This document shows positions 39,464-48,656 of a stretch of DNA of 64,000 bases, one piece after another (within the stretch, counting starts at the first letter, position 1; each line of letters begins with the position of its first letter). This stretch comes from Candidatus Kaiserbacteria bacterium. Its GTDB lineage: Bacteria > Patescibacteriota > Minisyncoccia > Phycocordibacterales > UBA918. The stretch is from positions 219,386-283,385 of the forward strand of contig CP064968.1 in NCBI GenBank assembly GCA_016699245.1, written 5' to 3'. The position numbers and the translations under genes are program-made. The notes beneath the pieces are model-generated. The model ran no database searches, had not been told where the DNA came from, and worked only from the letters and a program-made list of their open reading frames with translations.

Positions 39464-40657
39464 TTATTCGTAATGTAGTTCACTGCAACCGTGTAGTTTG
39501 TGGAAAAACCGTGCTCCGAGGGCCAAATACACATCATCTCCTGCCCCATGTGAGATTTCATCGATGATATTTTGGCTAATTGATAGAATACGCGGTTCGT
39601 TTTTGATAGTGTCTTTGAAGACATTCTCAATAATTGGTGCAAAAAATCGCTCGAAAGGTTTGTGAGCAGTAATGACAATATCAGCAGGAATAGAACGATG
39701 CTCGAGAAGTTGGCTGAGTGTTTCAGAAATTTGTTTTTTGTATGATTCTATATGAGGAGTAAATTCAGCTGCATTGAGGTGTGCTTCATTCCCCACAAGA
39801 CTCATGTGAGATTGAATATCAGCAGAGGGTTTTCCAGTGCTTTTCATTATTTCTCTAATAAAAGTATTGCTTCCCACAGGGACGGAGGAATTTTCGATGA
39901 GGAGACCATTCTCCACAATAGCAAATTCAGTTTCTTCTCCCGTAATGTCAACGATACATAATGTATTGAGTCTTGGAAAAATATCACGGAGAACACAATA
40001 CATAATGAGCATGTATGTGTGTGTTCGAAGTTCTGTCTCAGTGAATAATTTTTCTTGTACTTCATTCACCGCATCAAGAATTTCCTGGGGAACCAGTCCT
40101 GTGATATGTGAAAGACCTAAAATAGTACCTTTTAAATTTAACGGGTGAACCACCGGATAATCATTGACGGTTATATCGACAGTAGCGCGTTCGACTATAC
40201 TAAATCCATTACTGGTGACATGTTCTACCCCACGAATATGATTAAGAATTTCTGATTCAGCACTCTGAATGAGGTCATTAATGATTGAATTCGTAATTCT
40301 AAATGGTACATTGTCCTCGAAATGCACAGTGCGAGCTACCGTATAAGACCATGGCGAGGAGCACGTAACATACATTTTCGTTATGACAGCATTCGAATCA
40401 AACTCGTTGAGTACCTGCTTCCCTTCCTGAGAAAGAATGAGCGACGCAGAGAAAAGTGCCTCTCGAACGCGACGGATATTTTCTGACTTTTCAGAGCCGT
40501 GCTCAGTAATGCGCATGGTGTTACGGTGGGTATAGATAAGTTGCGGAAGTTTCGCGCCCTTTGGTGATGCAACAATAGCAATTCCCACGGTTCCAGAACT
40601 GATATCAACGAGCACACCATACACAGTATCGCTGCTGTTGTGGCGAAGATTAAACAT
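39464..40657 (-). CDS. ASKHA-superfamily actin-like ATPase (FtsA/PilM/Ppx-GppA-like)
   Basis: Phosphate-1-like VLVDISSGTVGIAIV and phosphate-2-like VDITGEETEF motifs. Confidence 0.5.
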   Translation of the reverse strand: MFNLRHNSSDTVYGVLVDISSGTVGIAIVASPKGAKLPQLIYTHRNTMRITEHGSEKSENIRRVREALFSASLILSQEGKQVLNEFDSNAVITKMYVTCSSPWSYTVARTVHFEDNVPFRITNSIINDLIQSAESEILNHIRGVEHVTSNGFSIVERATVDITVNDYPVVHPLNLKGTILGLSHITGLVPQEILDAVNEVQEKLFTETELRTHTYMLIMYCVLRDIFPRLNTLCIVDITGEETEFAIVENGLLIENSSVPVGSNTFIREIMKSTGKPSADIQSHMSLVGNEAHLNAAEFTPHIESYKKQISETLSQLLEHRSIPADIVITAHKPFERFFAPIIENVFKDTIKNEPRILSISQNIIDEISHGAGDDVYLALGARFFHKLHGCSELHYE

Positions 40658-40824
40658 GTACCAATAGTATACCGTGAGACGCGTTGCAAAAGTGTGAGTA
40701 ATCTACAGTTTTAAATAATTGAAATCAGATACTCAGTCATGTAGTTTGAATCTTGTTTTCTTTATGGAGTAGTTTCATACAAAAAGGCCGGGTTTCCAAA
40801 AAAATGGAACCCCGGCCTGCACCT

Positions 40825-41169
40825 TTAACGCTCGTGACGTCGATGGCGCCAGTCATGTCTGTCATCCCGGTAGTGTCGGTCATCCCTGTAGTGTCTAGGA
40901 CGAACTTCAAACCTGTAAATGTAAACTTCACGTCTTTGTATTTGCGGTGGAGCATAAAAATACTCTTCACGTTGATACCGACGAGGAGGCATATACTGCC
41001 ATCGTTGCGGTGGAATCACCTCGGTGCCAGGTGCGTAATATGGTTCTGGCGGTATGGGCCGCATTGTTATCGGCCTCTCAACGACATAGTCACCTTCATT
41101 AGCGAGTGCAAAACTTGCACTGAAGACAAACGTAAAAGCAAAAACAAAAAGTGAAAGAACTTTACTCAT
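40825..41169 (-). CDS. Small secreted Pro/Tyr/Arg-rich protein with RHYRDDRHYRDDRHDW repeats
   Basis: Signal peptide ...ALA; low-complexity repeats. Confidence 0.4.
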   Translation of the reverse strand: MSKVLSLFVFAFTFVFSASFALANEGDYVVERPITMRPIPPEPYYAPGTEVIPPQRWQYMPPRRYQREEYFYAPPQIQRREVYIYRFEVRPRHYRDDRHYRDDRHDWRHRRHER

Positions 41170-41286
41170 GATTTCCCCTTTCTAGGAAAAAAGTAACATA
41201 AATATTATACCACATATCCATGTACTAGCAAGTGTCACCAGACGTCACAAAAACACCATAAATCATGGCTTTAATACGTCACTTTA

Positions 41287-43245
41287 TTATTCGAGCACTG
41301 CTTTTATGCGCCTTACACCACGAGAGGAAGACTCTTCTTTTTGAATTTTAAAGGTGCCGGTGATTGCGCCTGTCGTTTCTACGTGTGGGCCACCACAGAG
41401 TTCGCGAGAGTACACGACACCGGTATCGCCTACGATTGAATAGACCTTTACTTGATCGGGATACTTCTCCCAGAAACTTCCTTCGATACTTGGGTCGTTT
41501 TCTGCTTCAGTTTTTGAGAGTGTGTCAACACGTACTTTTGCGTTGTGTGTAATTGCTTCATTCACAAATGCCTCGACACGCGTGAGTACATCTGGAGAAA
41601 CCTTTTCATTATAGGTGAAGTCAAAACGAAGACGTTCACCAGTAATATTAGAGCCCGCCTGATGCACACCCGTCCCGAGTTCATTTCGAAGTCCCGCAAG
41701 AAGAAGATGGGTGGCGGTATGGTACATGACTACAGTATCTGAATGGTCGGCAAGTCCTCCTTTAAACTTTTGCTCTGCACCCGCACGCGAGAGTTCACGA
41801 TGTTCCTCCATGAGTTTTTTGAATTCACCCATCGCAACAGTCATACCCCGCTCTTTTGCAATTTCTATAGTGAGTTCAATCGGGAAGCCGTAGGTAGTAA
41901 AGAGATTAAAAGCATTTTCGCCCGTAATAAACTTTTGAGGGATAATTTTCTTGCTTCTATCCACAACCACCTTTCCTTCTTCACGTTTTATGGGGAGAGT
42001 GACTTTGAGTGCAATTTTATTGAATTCTTTCAACCCATTTTCCAGTGTTTTTCTAAACTGCACTTCTTCTCCATGGATGGTGTCGATAATATCGGCTTCA
42101 TGTTCAGCTATCTTTGTGTAATGCTCCTTGTACGTATCAATAACACTTTTTGCAAGAAGTTTTAATTCACCGTTTGGGACACCTACAATATCTGCATAGC
42201 GTACCGCTCTTCGCAAAAGACGACGTGTAAAGTAACCCTGCTCTGAGTTGGCAGGATAAATTGCCTCGCTTATCATAAAAACTGCTCCGCGAATATGATC
42301 GGTAATGACGCGGAACGCCATCTGATGCTCTGTATACTTTTTACCCGAGAGTTCCTCAATTTTAGTAACTACATTTTGAAGGAGGTCGATGGTGAACACA
42401 TCTCCATTACCATTAGCTGCCGCAGCCATGCGCTCGAGTCCACCACCAAAATCAACATTCTGCTTTGGAAGTTTTTGGAACGTACCGTCTTCGGCTTTGA
42501 TGTATTCGATAAAGACAGAATTACCAATTTCAAGAAAACGTCCGCAATCACAATTGGGATGGCAGTGTGGGCCAAATTTTTCATCGTGGGGTGTCCCAAA
42601 GTCATAAAACATCTCAGTATCAGGACCGCCTATTTCACCAATAGGCATTTTCTCTGGCTTTCCTGCTCTGCTCCACCAATTTTTTGATGCATCGTAATAG
42701 AAAATGCGTTCGCCGTCCTTCATGCCACGTTCCCCACCCTCCCTTTCGGAACCCATGAATGCAACGCCATTGGTGATATTACGCACAGCGAAAAGTCCTT
42801 GCCAGAGTTCAGCAGCCACGGTGTCGCGGGGCACGTTGTTTGTTTCATCGCCTGCAAATACCGACACATAGATATTTTCCGGATTGAGTTTGATTTCCTC
42901 TACAAGAAATCCGTAGATCCAGGGAATTTGCTCGTTTTTGAAGTAGTCACCTAAAGACCAGTTGCCCAACATCTCGAAGAATGTGGTGTGGCGATTGTCA
43001 CCAACTTCCTCGATGTCCTCTGCGCGAAAACACTTTTGTGAATCGGCGAGGCGTGTGCCCATAGGGTGTTCTTCTCCCATAAGAAAAGGCACGAGTGGTT
43101 GCATGCCACTACCGGTAAAAAGCGTGGTTGGGTCATTCTCAGGAATGAGCGCTGAGGATGGGATAATCGCATGCCCCCGCTTTTCCATATACGCAAGATA
43201 TTTTGCTCTAATTTCATTTCCAGACATAGTGAGGACACTATACAA
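41287..43245 (-). CDS. alaS: Alanyl-tRNA synthetase, short form (catalytic + tRNA-recognition + editing domains, no C-terminal C-Ala domain)
   Basis: N-terminal FTGSGMQPLVPF, editing-site MYHTATHLL...C...GGPHV; only 652 aa. Confidence 0.85.
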   Translation of the reverse strand: MYSVLTMSGNEIRAKYLAYMEKRGHAIIPSSALIPENDPTTLFTGSGMQPLVPFLMGEEHPMGTRLADSQKCFRAEDIEEVGDNRHTTFFEMLGNWSLGDYFKNEQIPWIYGFLVEEIKLNPENIYVSVFAGDETNNVPRDTVAAELWQGLFAVRNITNGVAFMGSEREGGERGMKDGERIFYYDASKNWWSRAGKPEKMPIGEIGGPDTEMFYDFGTPHDEKFGPHCHPNCDCGRFLEIGNSVFIEYIKAEDGTFQKLPKQNVDFGGGLERMAAAANGNGDVFTIDLLQNVVTKIEELSGKKYTEHQMAFRVITDHIRGAVFMISEAIYPANSEQGYFTRRLLRRAVRYADIVGVPNGELKLLAKSVIDTYKEHYTKIAEHEADIIDTIHGEEVQFRKTLENGLKEFNKIALKVTLPIKREEGKVVVDRSKKIIPQKFITGENAFNLFTTYGFPIELTIEIAKERGMTVAMGEFKKLMEEHRELSRAGAEQKFKGGLADHSDTVVMYHTATHLLLAGLRNELGTGVHQAGSNITGERLRFDFTYNEKVSPDVLTRVEAFVNEAITHNAKVRVDTLSKTEAENDPSIEGSFWEKYPDQVKVYSIVGDTGVVYSRELCGGPHVETTGAITGTFKIQKEESSSRGVRRIKAVLE

Positions 43246-43303
43246 GATTTGTACAGTTTTTTCTATATCAGCGTGTTTTCAAAGGTTTTTGATTTTCCGA
43301 TGA

Positions 43304-45331
43304 CTATGCACGGTCTTGGCTAATGTACTTTAGAAATGCTTTATTGTTTGGTGCTCTACCAAGAAATTTTTTGATTAAGGTCATTTCATCGATAGAGCCT
43401 CCTTTTTCCAAAATCCATGTGCGGTAGTCATTCCCTGTTTTTGTGTTAAGGATTCCTTCACTTTCAAATCTTGTAAACATATCCTGTGCATACACTTTTG
43501 CCCACGCATACGAATAGTACCCAGCCTCATATCCTCCGACGATATGACCGAATCCTGCTGGAAAAAGTTGAGTTTTAGGTAGAGTATGACCAACTATATC
43601 TTTTACCATTTGACGATAAATTTCTTGTGGAGCACCCGGTGCTCTTTCAAAATGCAATTTCATGTCAAAAAGAGACAAAAGCATTTGTCGCAAGTACATC
43701 GTTGAAATTCTAAATTTTTGTGCACGTAACATGTTTGTAATTAACATCTCTGGTAATCGTGCATTTGTTTTATAATGTCCAGAGATTTTTCTGAGAATAT
43801 CTTTGTTCCACCCCCAGTTCTCGAGCATTTGTGAGGGCATTTCCACGAAATCCCACGCCACATGAAAACCAGCTTGCGACTCGTATCGTGTCTTCGTAAG
43901 TACATCATGCATAATGTGTCCAAATTCGTGAAAAAATGTTTCAACCTCATCATGCGAAAGTAGAGATGGGTTTTCTTTGGATGGTTTTGAAAAATTACAG
44001 ACAAGTGCAGCAAGAGGAGCAATGTAGTGCCCCTCTTTGACTCTGCCGTCAATAAGGTCAAATGCTGCAGCATGTCCGTACTTTCCATCGCGGGGGAAAA
44101 GATCCATAGAAAAATATGCAAGTATCTTTTTGTTCTCAGTAATAGCATAAAGTTCAACATCAGGGTGCCAGAGAGGATAGTCTAAAACTCTTTCAAATTT
44201 TACACTGAAAAGTTTCTGGTATGTTCCAAAAACTCCTTCCCGCACCTTTTCAAAAGGAAAATACTCACGAATTTTCTCTGAATCAACAGAATACTTTTGC
44301 TTTTGTAGTTGATTCACATAATACGAATCGTAGTATTCAATTGAGACACGAGGGTTTTTTGTAAATTCTCGCTTGAACGAAAGTAGTTCGTTCTTGTCAT
44401 TTTGTGCACCTTTTTCAACTTTTTTCACAATACTATTGAGAAACTTCATGACGTTTTCAGGTGTTTTTGCCATACGCTCCTCTATTGCATAGTGTGCAAA
44501 TGTTTTATAGTCCAGCAATTTCGCATTTGCTTGACGTAAAGCTATGATTCGCTTAAGGAGCTTGATGTTTGCTGGTCCCCCCTTTCGTGCATTTTTATCA
44601 ACAATTTCCTTGCGTTTTAAATCATTTGGAGAATTCTCCAAAAATGGTCCAATTTCTGGATACTCAAGTGACACAAGATATCTCCCCCTGCTGTCTTTTT
44701 TGAGACTAGAAAGAAATCTATTCGAAAGGCCGATAGCCTCATCGGCAGTGAGTGTAATATAGTCTTTGTAATCATTGATGTTTTTTCTAAAGGTAATTGA
44801 AAGTCGAGAAAGTTCCTTGAGATTTTTCTTAAGTACTTCTTGTTTTCTCTTCGGTAGACCAAAGCCCATACGACGATACCCACGCATAGTATCGTCAAAA
44901 AGAATTTTGTCTTCGCCGTGAAGTTTTTCTTTTTTTTCAGCGTACTCACACAGTGCTCTATAGATACCCTCGTCGTACACGACATCAACAATCAAGTGCG
45001 AAAATTCTTCAGTAACCTTGTGAGCCATTTCTCGAACTGATTTTTTAGGTGATACTTCAGACAAAAAGCCTACGTAATGAATTTTCTGGCCATATTCACG
45101 ACCACATTGTTCCAACGCACATACAGTATTTTCAAATGTACGTTCAGAAGATGGAATTTTCTTTATAACATCGTAATCATTCTTTAGTTCAGAAATTGCT
45201 TTATTAGGAAAATTTCTAAAATGTTTTGGTTGCCAATCAACCCACGCAAAATCACTTTTGCTCAGTGTTTTTACGGGTAAATCTTTTGGGTCTAATTGTG
45301 CCTTAGTATTCAGTACGCTTTTTTTCGACAT
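43304..45331 (-). CDS. M3 family oligoendopeptidase (thimet/Dcp-like)
   Basis: FFHEFGHIMH zinc HExxH motif in M3 context; start chosen at MSKKSVL. Confidence 0.8.
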   Translation of the reverse strand: MSKKSVLNTKAQLDPKDLPVKTLSKSDFAWVDWQPKHFRNFPNKAISELKNDYDVIKKIPSSERTFENTVCALEQCGREYGQKIHYVGFLSEVSPKKSVREMAHKVTEEFSHLIVDVVYDEGIYRALCEYAEKKEKLHGEDKILFDDTMRGYRRMGFGLPKRKQEVLKKNLKELSRLSITFRKNINDYKDYITLTADEAIGLSNRFLSSLKKDSRGRYLVSLEYPEIGPFLENSPNDLKRKEIVDKNARKGGPANIKLLKRIIALRQANAKLLDYKTFAHYAIEERMAKTPENVMKFLNSIVKKVEKGAQNDKNELLSFKREFTKNPRVSIEYYDSYYVNQLQKQKYSVDSEKIREYFPFEKVREGVFGTYQKLFSVKFERVLDYPLWHPDVELYAITENKKILAYFSMDLFPRDGKYGHAAAFDLIDGRVKEGHYIAPLAALVCNFSKPSKENPSLLSHDEVETFFHEFGHIMHDVLTKTRYESQAGFHVAWDFVEMPSQMLENWGWNKDILRKISGHYKTNARLPEMLITNMLRAQKFRISTMYLRQMLLSLFDMKLHFERAPGAPQEIYRQMVKDIVGHTLPKTQLFPAGFGHIVGGYEAGYYSYAWAKVYAQDMFTRFESEGILNTKTGNDYRTWILEKGGSIDEMTLIKKFLGRAPNNKAFLKYISQDRA

Positions 45332-45899
45332 CGTGTAAGAAGTTTTTGTATTCAGTAAATACGCTGTTAAACTCTGAGAGAATTTGATTTTTGAGACGTC
45401 TGTTGAGCACATTGCTAATTTCTTGGTATACCATGAGCCTATCTTCAATATGTGTACCAAAGTGAGACAAAAATGATGAGTGATCATCGAAATACTCCTC
45501 AACTATAGAACGCATATTGTGGATTTTATCAGCTGCAACCACAATGAGTGCTCGTTCCGATGCGTCTTTAATTTGTTTTAAGTACTCTTTTTTTTGGAAA
45601 AAGATATTTTTTCGATCGTAATCGGAAACAGGGGGTTCAGTGAGTGCTACAACAATATCTCGTACTGCACCACCAAAGTCGTCCTCGAGTTCCTTTTCTG
45701 TGTAGTCAGTATCCTCGAGCGTATCATGGAGAAGTGCAGCCACAATAGTATCCTCATCAGTAGTATAGTCTGCCACAATAGTTGCCACAGCAAAAAGATG
45801 CGTGACATAGGGATACGGCACACTTCCCTTCCGTACCTGGTCTTTGTGAAGCACTGAAGCAGCCTTAATTGCTTGTTCTATTGCGTACGAGTAGGCCAC
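45303..45899 (-). CDS. HD-domain small alarmone ((p)ppGpp) hydrolase-like protein (RelA/SpoT N-terminal HD homologue)
   Basis: VTHLFAVATIV...LLHDTLEDT motifs (H...HD...ED). Confidence 0.6.
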   Translation of the reverse strand: MAYSYAIEQAIKAASVLHKDQVRKGSVPYPYVTHLFAVATIVADYTTDEDTIVAALLHDTLEDTDYTEKELEDDFGGAVRDIVVALTEPPVSDYDRKNIFFQKKEYLKQIKDASERALIVVAADKIHNMRSIVEEYFDDHSSFLSHFGTHIEDRLMVYQEISNVLNRRLKNQILSEFNSVFTEYKNFLHDVEKKRTEY

Positions 45900-45904
45900 A
45901 ATGA

Positions 45905-46201
45905 TTATTTTTTATTCTTTTCGTCTTGTGCTTTTGCCTTTTCATCATCTGCACGCTTTGAGGCATCAGCAAATTTTTGTGCAAGGACTGAATGCTGTGT
46001 TGCAAGTTTTGCATTCTCTGTATGCATCTCTGTCGCCTCACGTTGAATTTTCAAGAGTTCGGCTTCTGCTGTGTTTACTTCTTGTTGTTTTGATTTAAGA
46101 CGAGCTTCAATTTGTTGTAATTTGCTTGCGATTGTTCGTTGAGAAACTTCAAGTTTTTGCTTGTCTTCGTTTATTCGTTTAAGTTCTGTTGCTGCATCCA
46201 T
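45905..46201 (-). CDS. Small coiled-coil protein
   Basis: Heptad-rich K/E/Q sequence; start uncertain. Confidence 0.3.
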   Translation of the reverse strand: MDAATELKRINEDKQKLEVSQRTIASKLQQIEARLKSKQQEVNTAEAELLKIQREATEMHTENAKLATQHSVLAQKFADASKRADDEKAKAQDEKNKK

Positions 46202-46299
46202 GAAATGTATACTTAATAACTCTTTTGATAATTTCTTCTTTGTTATTATACTCAACCAGTACACTATTTGCACAGTTTGTTTTACCCATGTGCGTGAAC

Positions 46300-47085
46300 T
46301 TATTTCTGGGCATTTTTATGAATTTCTTGAAGCTTTCGACCACATGACTCACGGTAGGGGCAAAATTCGCACGCATCTCCAGACTTTGGAAACACCTCAG
46401 AATCTAAACACCCCTTAATCTCTATAAGTGTGGGCGGAAGCCAGTCATTTTCTCCTTTGCATGGTACTACGGTAGTTTCAAAATGAAGTGTATCATGGAA
46501 GCCATCTTTGTTGCTTTGACCATTTGCATACACAAAGTATCCAGTCTCGTCCACTTCAAAACCATTCTTTGTGAAAAGCCATTGATAGACACCTATCTGA
46601 CGTTTGTACTGTGCTTCCCACGAAGAATCAGCAAGTGTCAGAATGGTTCCCTCCTTTGCAGTTGCTTTATAATCGACAACAATAAGTTTACCGTCTCGCC
46701 TAAGCCAAATGTCATCTACTGCACCTGAAATCGTCAGTTTAGTTTCTGGATCAACATATGCAATACCTTCGAAGTTGTCTCGCCATATATCCATATGCTT
46801 ATGGGCAAAGGGTACTGCATCGATGTGGTATTTTTCCATAAGTGGATGAGCCGTCTGTGAAGCACGGTATACATCAAACTCTTTCTTGAAAAGAGCATCT
46901 ACCGCTACATTAAGAGTAAATGCTGGCCCACGCGGACGTGCAGTACCGAGTTTATTGTCAATATAGAAGCATCGTGGACATTCTACAAATAAATCAATTT
47001 TTGAGCGTGAAAGTCGCCACTTTGATCCTCCGTAATTCCAATCTGCATTTCTGTTTGGATTATACTTTTTTACAAATGTTCCCAT
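46300..47085 (-). CDS. Cas4-like PD-(D/E)xK nuclease with 4-Cys Fe-S cluster (stand-alone; no CRISPR nearby)
   Basis: N-terminal ECPRCFY Cys, D...VVDYK nuclease motifs, QIGVYQW (Q..Y motif), C-terminal CEFCPYRESC. Confidence 0.65.
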   Translation of the reverse strand: MGTFVKKYNPNRNADWNYGGSKWRLSRSKIDLFVECPRCFYIDNKLGTARPRGPAFTLNVAVDALFKKEFDVYRASQTAHPLMEKYHIDAVPFAHKHMDIWRDNFEGIAYVDPETKLTISGAVDDIWLRRDGKLIVVDYKATAKEGTILTLADSSWEAQYKRQIGVYQWLFTKNGFEVDETGYFVYANGQSNKDGFHDTLHFETTVVPCKGENDWLPPTLIEIKGCLDSEVFPKSGDACEFCPYRESCGRKLQEIHKNAQK

Positions 47086-47164
47086 AGCTTTCAGTATATC
47101 ATCATGTATCGTAGTACAAAAAATCCTGCATGTGCAGGATTTTTTGTACTACACGTTAATGGTG

Positions 47165-47713
47165 TTAGTTTGCCTTGAATGTAACTTCTCCGCCAACGAT
47201 GACCTTGTCCTCAGTAAGTGAGAATCCAGCGTCACCGGCGTTTGTGAAAAATACCACTTGGTATGAACTGTCCTTAATAGTTCCTCGCATGAGCTCCACC
47301 GATGTAGGTGTAAGTCCCTCTGCTTCGCTGTACCTCGCTGCGCCGAGGACTTTACCTGAGGTACCGTCAACATAATCGCGTACTACTATCCAGCCGTTCT
47401 TTGTCGGAAACTCAACTTTCGAAAGTGTAACTACTTTTCCAGCTGCTTGGTCTTTTACGTCGAGTGCACCTTTGCCAACTACTGTATCAGTTGATGTGAC
47501 ATCTTTCGTCACTTCTTTCGAATCAGCCTTCACCTCTTCTGACTTCTCTTCATCTGCTTTTTCAACTTGTTCAGTATCGGTAGTCTTTTCTTCGGGCACT
47601 TGCTTTGCTTCTGGTGTTGAAGAAAATACCCACACAAGCAGACCTCCAATGAGCAAACCAGTAATGAACGCTACAACGGTCTTCTGACTCTCCTGCTTTT
47701 CAACTTCTGACAT
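47165..47713 (-). CDS. Hypothetical membrane-anchored protein with acidic K/E-rich linker
   Basis: Single N-terminal TM; no motif. Confidence 0.4.
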   Translation of the reverse strand: MSEVEKQESQKTVVAFITGLLIGGLLVWVFSSTPEAKQVPEEKTTDTEQVEKADEEKSEEVKADSKEVTKDVTSTDTVVGKGALDVKDQAAGKVVTLSKVEFPTKNGWIVVRDYVDGTSGKVLGAARYSEAEGLTPTSVELMRGTIKDSSYQVVFFTNAGDAGFSLTEDKVIVGGEVTFKAN

Positions 47714-47828
47714 ATTCGTACGAATGACTATAACGCTTAATAATGATGGTGCTGATTATACCATGTAACAATAATGAGGATGTGAGCCACATTACTCGAC
47801 AAATTGATATACAACTTGTCAAAAAAAC

Positions 47829-48656
47829 TTATTTTGAGCCACAGAGTGATGATGCTTCGTGGAGCACAGCATCAAATTTTTGTTTTGGCAACCCGAGTTC
47901 GTGTAAAACAGAAGGGTTTTTACTAATATCAGAGCACAAGATGAATCCATGCTGAAGCAAGTACTGTTTCTGCCCGGTACTCAAATGTGTGAGCACTGTA
48001 ATTGGATATGTGCCAAGTCGCTCAATTTTTTTGTGGAGTGAATCATGCTTGGGATAATCCCAACTGAGTAATTTGATTCCACTACACTCAGCATACTTTA
48101 TAGCAGCATTTGTGAATTTTGTGTTGGTGATGAGGTACAGGGCAACAATACCATTAGTGTCGTGTTTTCCAATGCGTGCAGATTGTAAATCAAGATAGCG
48201 CGCATATGAGTACATTGCTACCTGCAAATCAGATTTGATACCTGGCTTTGCATGAAATTTTGCTTCTGCAATGAATGTTTCTGAGGGCGAATAAGCAGCA
48301 AGGTCAACTTCATGTACTGCACATTTTCCTCGTAGGACAAGACGACGCTTTGTCGTGTACCCTTCTGCTTCAAAAATTTTTCCAAGAAAATCTTCAAAGG
48401 GGAAACCCGTAGGGCCAAGGCTGAATACTGCACGGCGTAGTGAGTATTTTGCCGCAACAGGATCATCACTTTCACGGAGTAACTGAAATGCTTTTTGATA
48501 AATCAATTGCGTTTTCATGCCTTCCTTAAGTGATGTCTCTACTTCCATCAAAATACGCATGATTTCCTCCGGTCGCGCACCGGCTCTCTTAAGAGAAGAT
48601 ATAAGTTTATGTGACTTAAATTCTTCAGTTGTGCCATCGGCTTTTGTGATTATCAT
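47829..48656 (-). CDS. ATP-cone domain fused to a restriction-endonuclease-like PD-(D/E)xK (Mrr-cat-like) domain
   Basis: N-terminal MIITKADGTTEEF...AAKYSLRRA (ATP-cone); C-terminal VHEVDLAAY...FIAEAKFH (D...E.K); start overlaps the mnmA stop by 4 bp. Confidence 0.6.
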   Translation of the reverse strand: MIITKADGTTEEFKSHKLISSLKRAGARPEEIMRILMEVETSLKEGMKTQLIYQKAFQLLRESDDPVAAKYSLRRAVFSLGPTGFPFEDFLGKIFEAEGYTTKRRLVLRGKCAVHEVDLAAYSPSETFIAEAKFHAKPGIKSDLQVAMYSYARYLDLQSARIGKHDTNGIVALYLITNTKFTNAAIKYAECSGIKLLSWDYPKHDSLHKKIERLGTYPITVLTHLSTGQKQYLLQHGFILCSDISKNPSVLHELGLPKQKFDAVLHEASSLCGSK

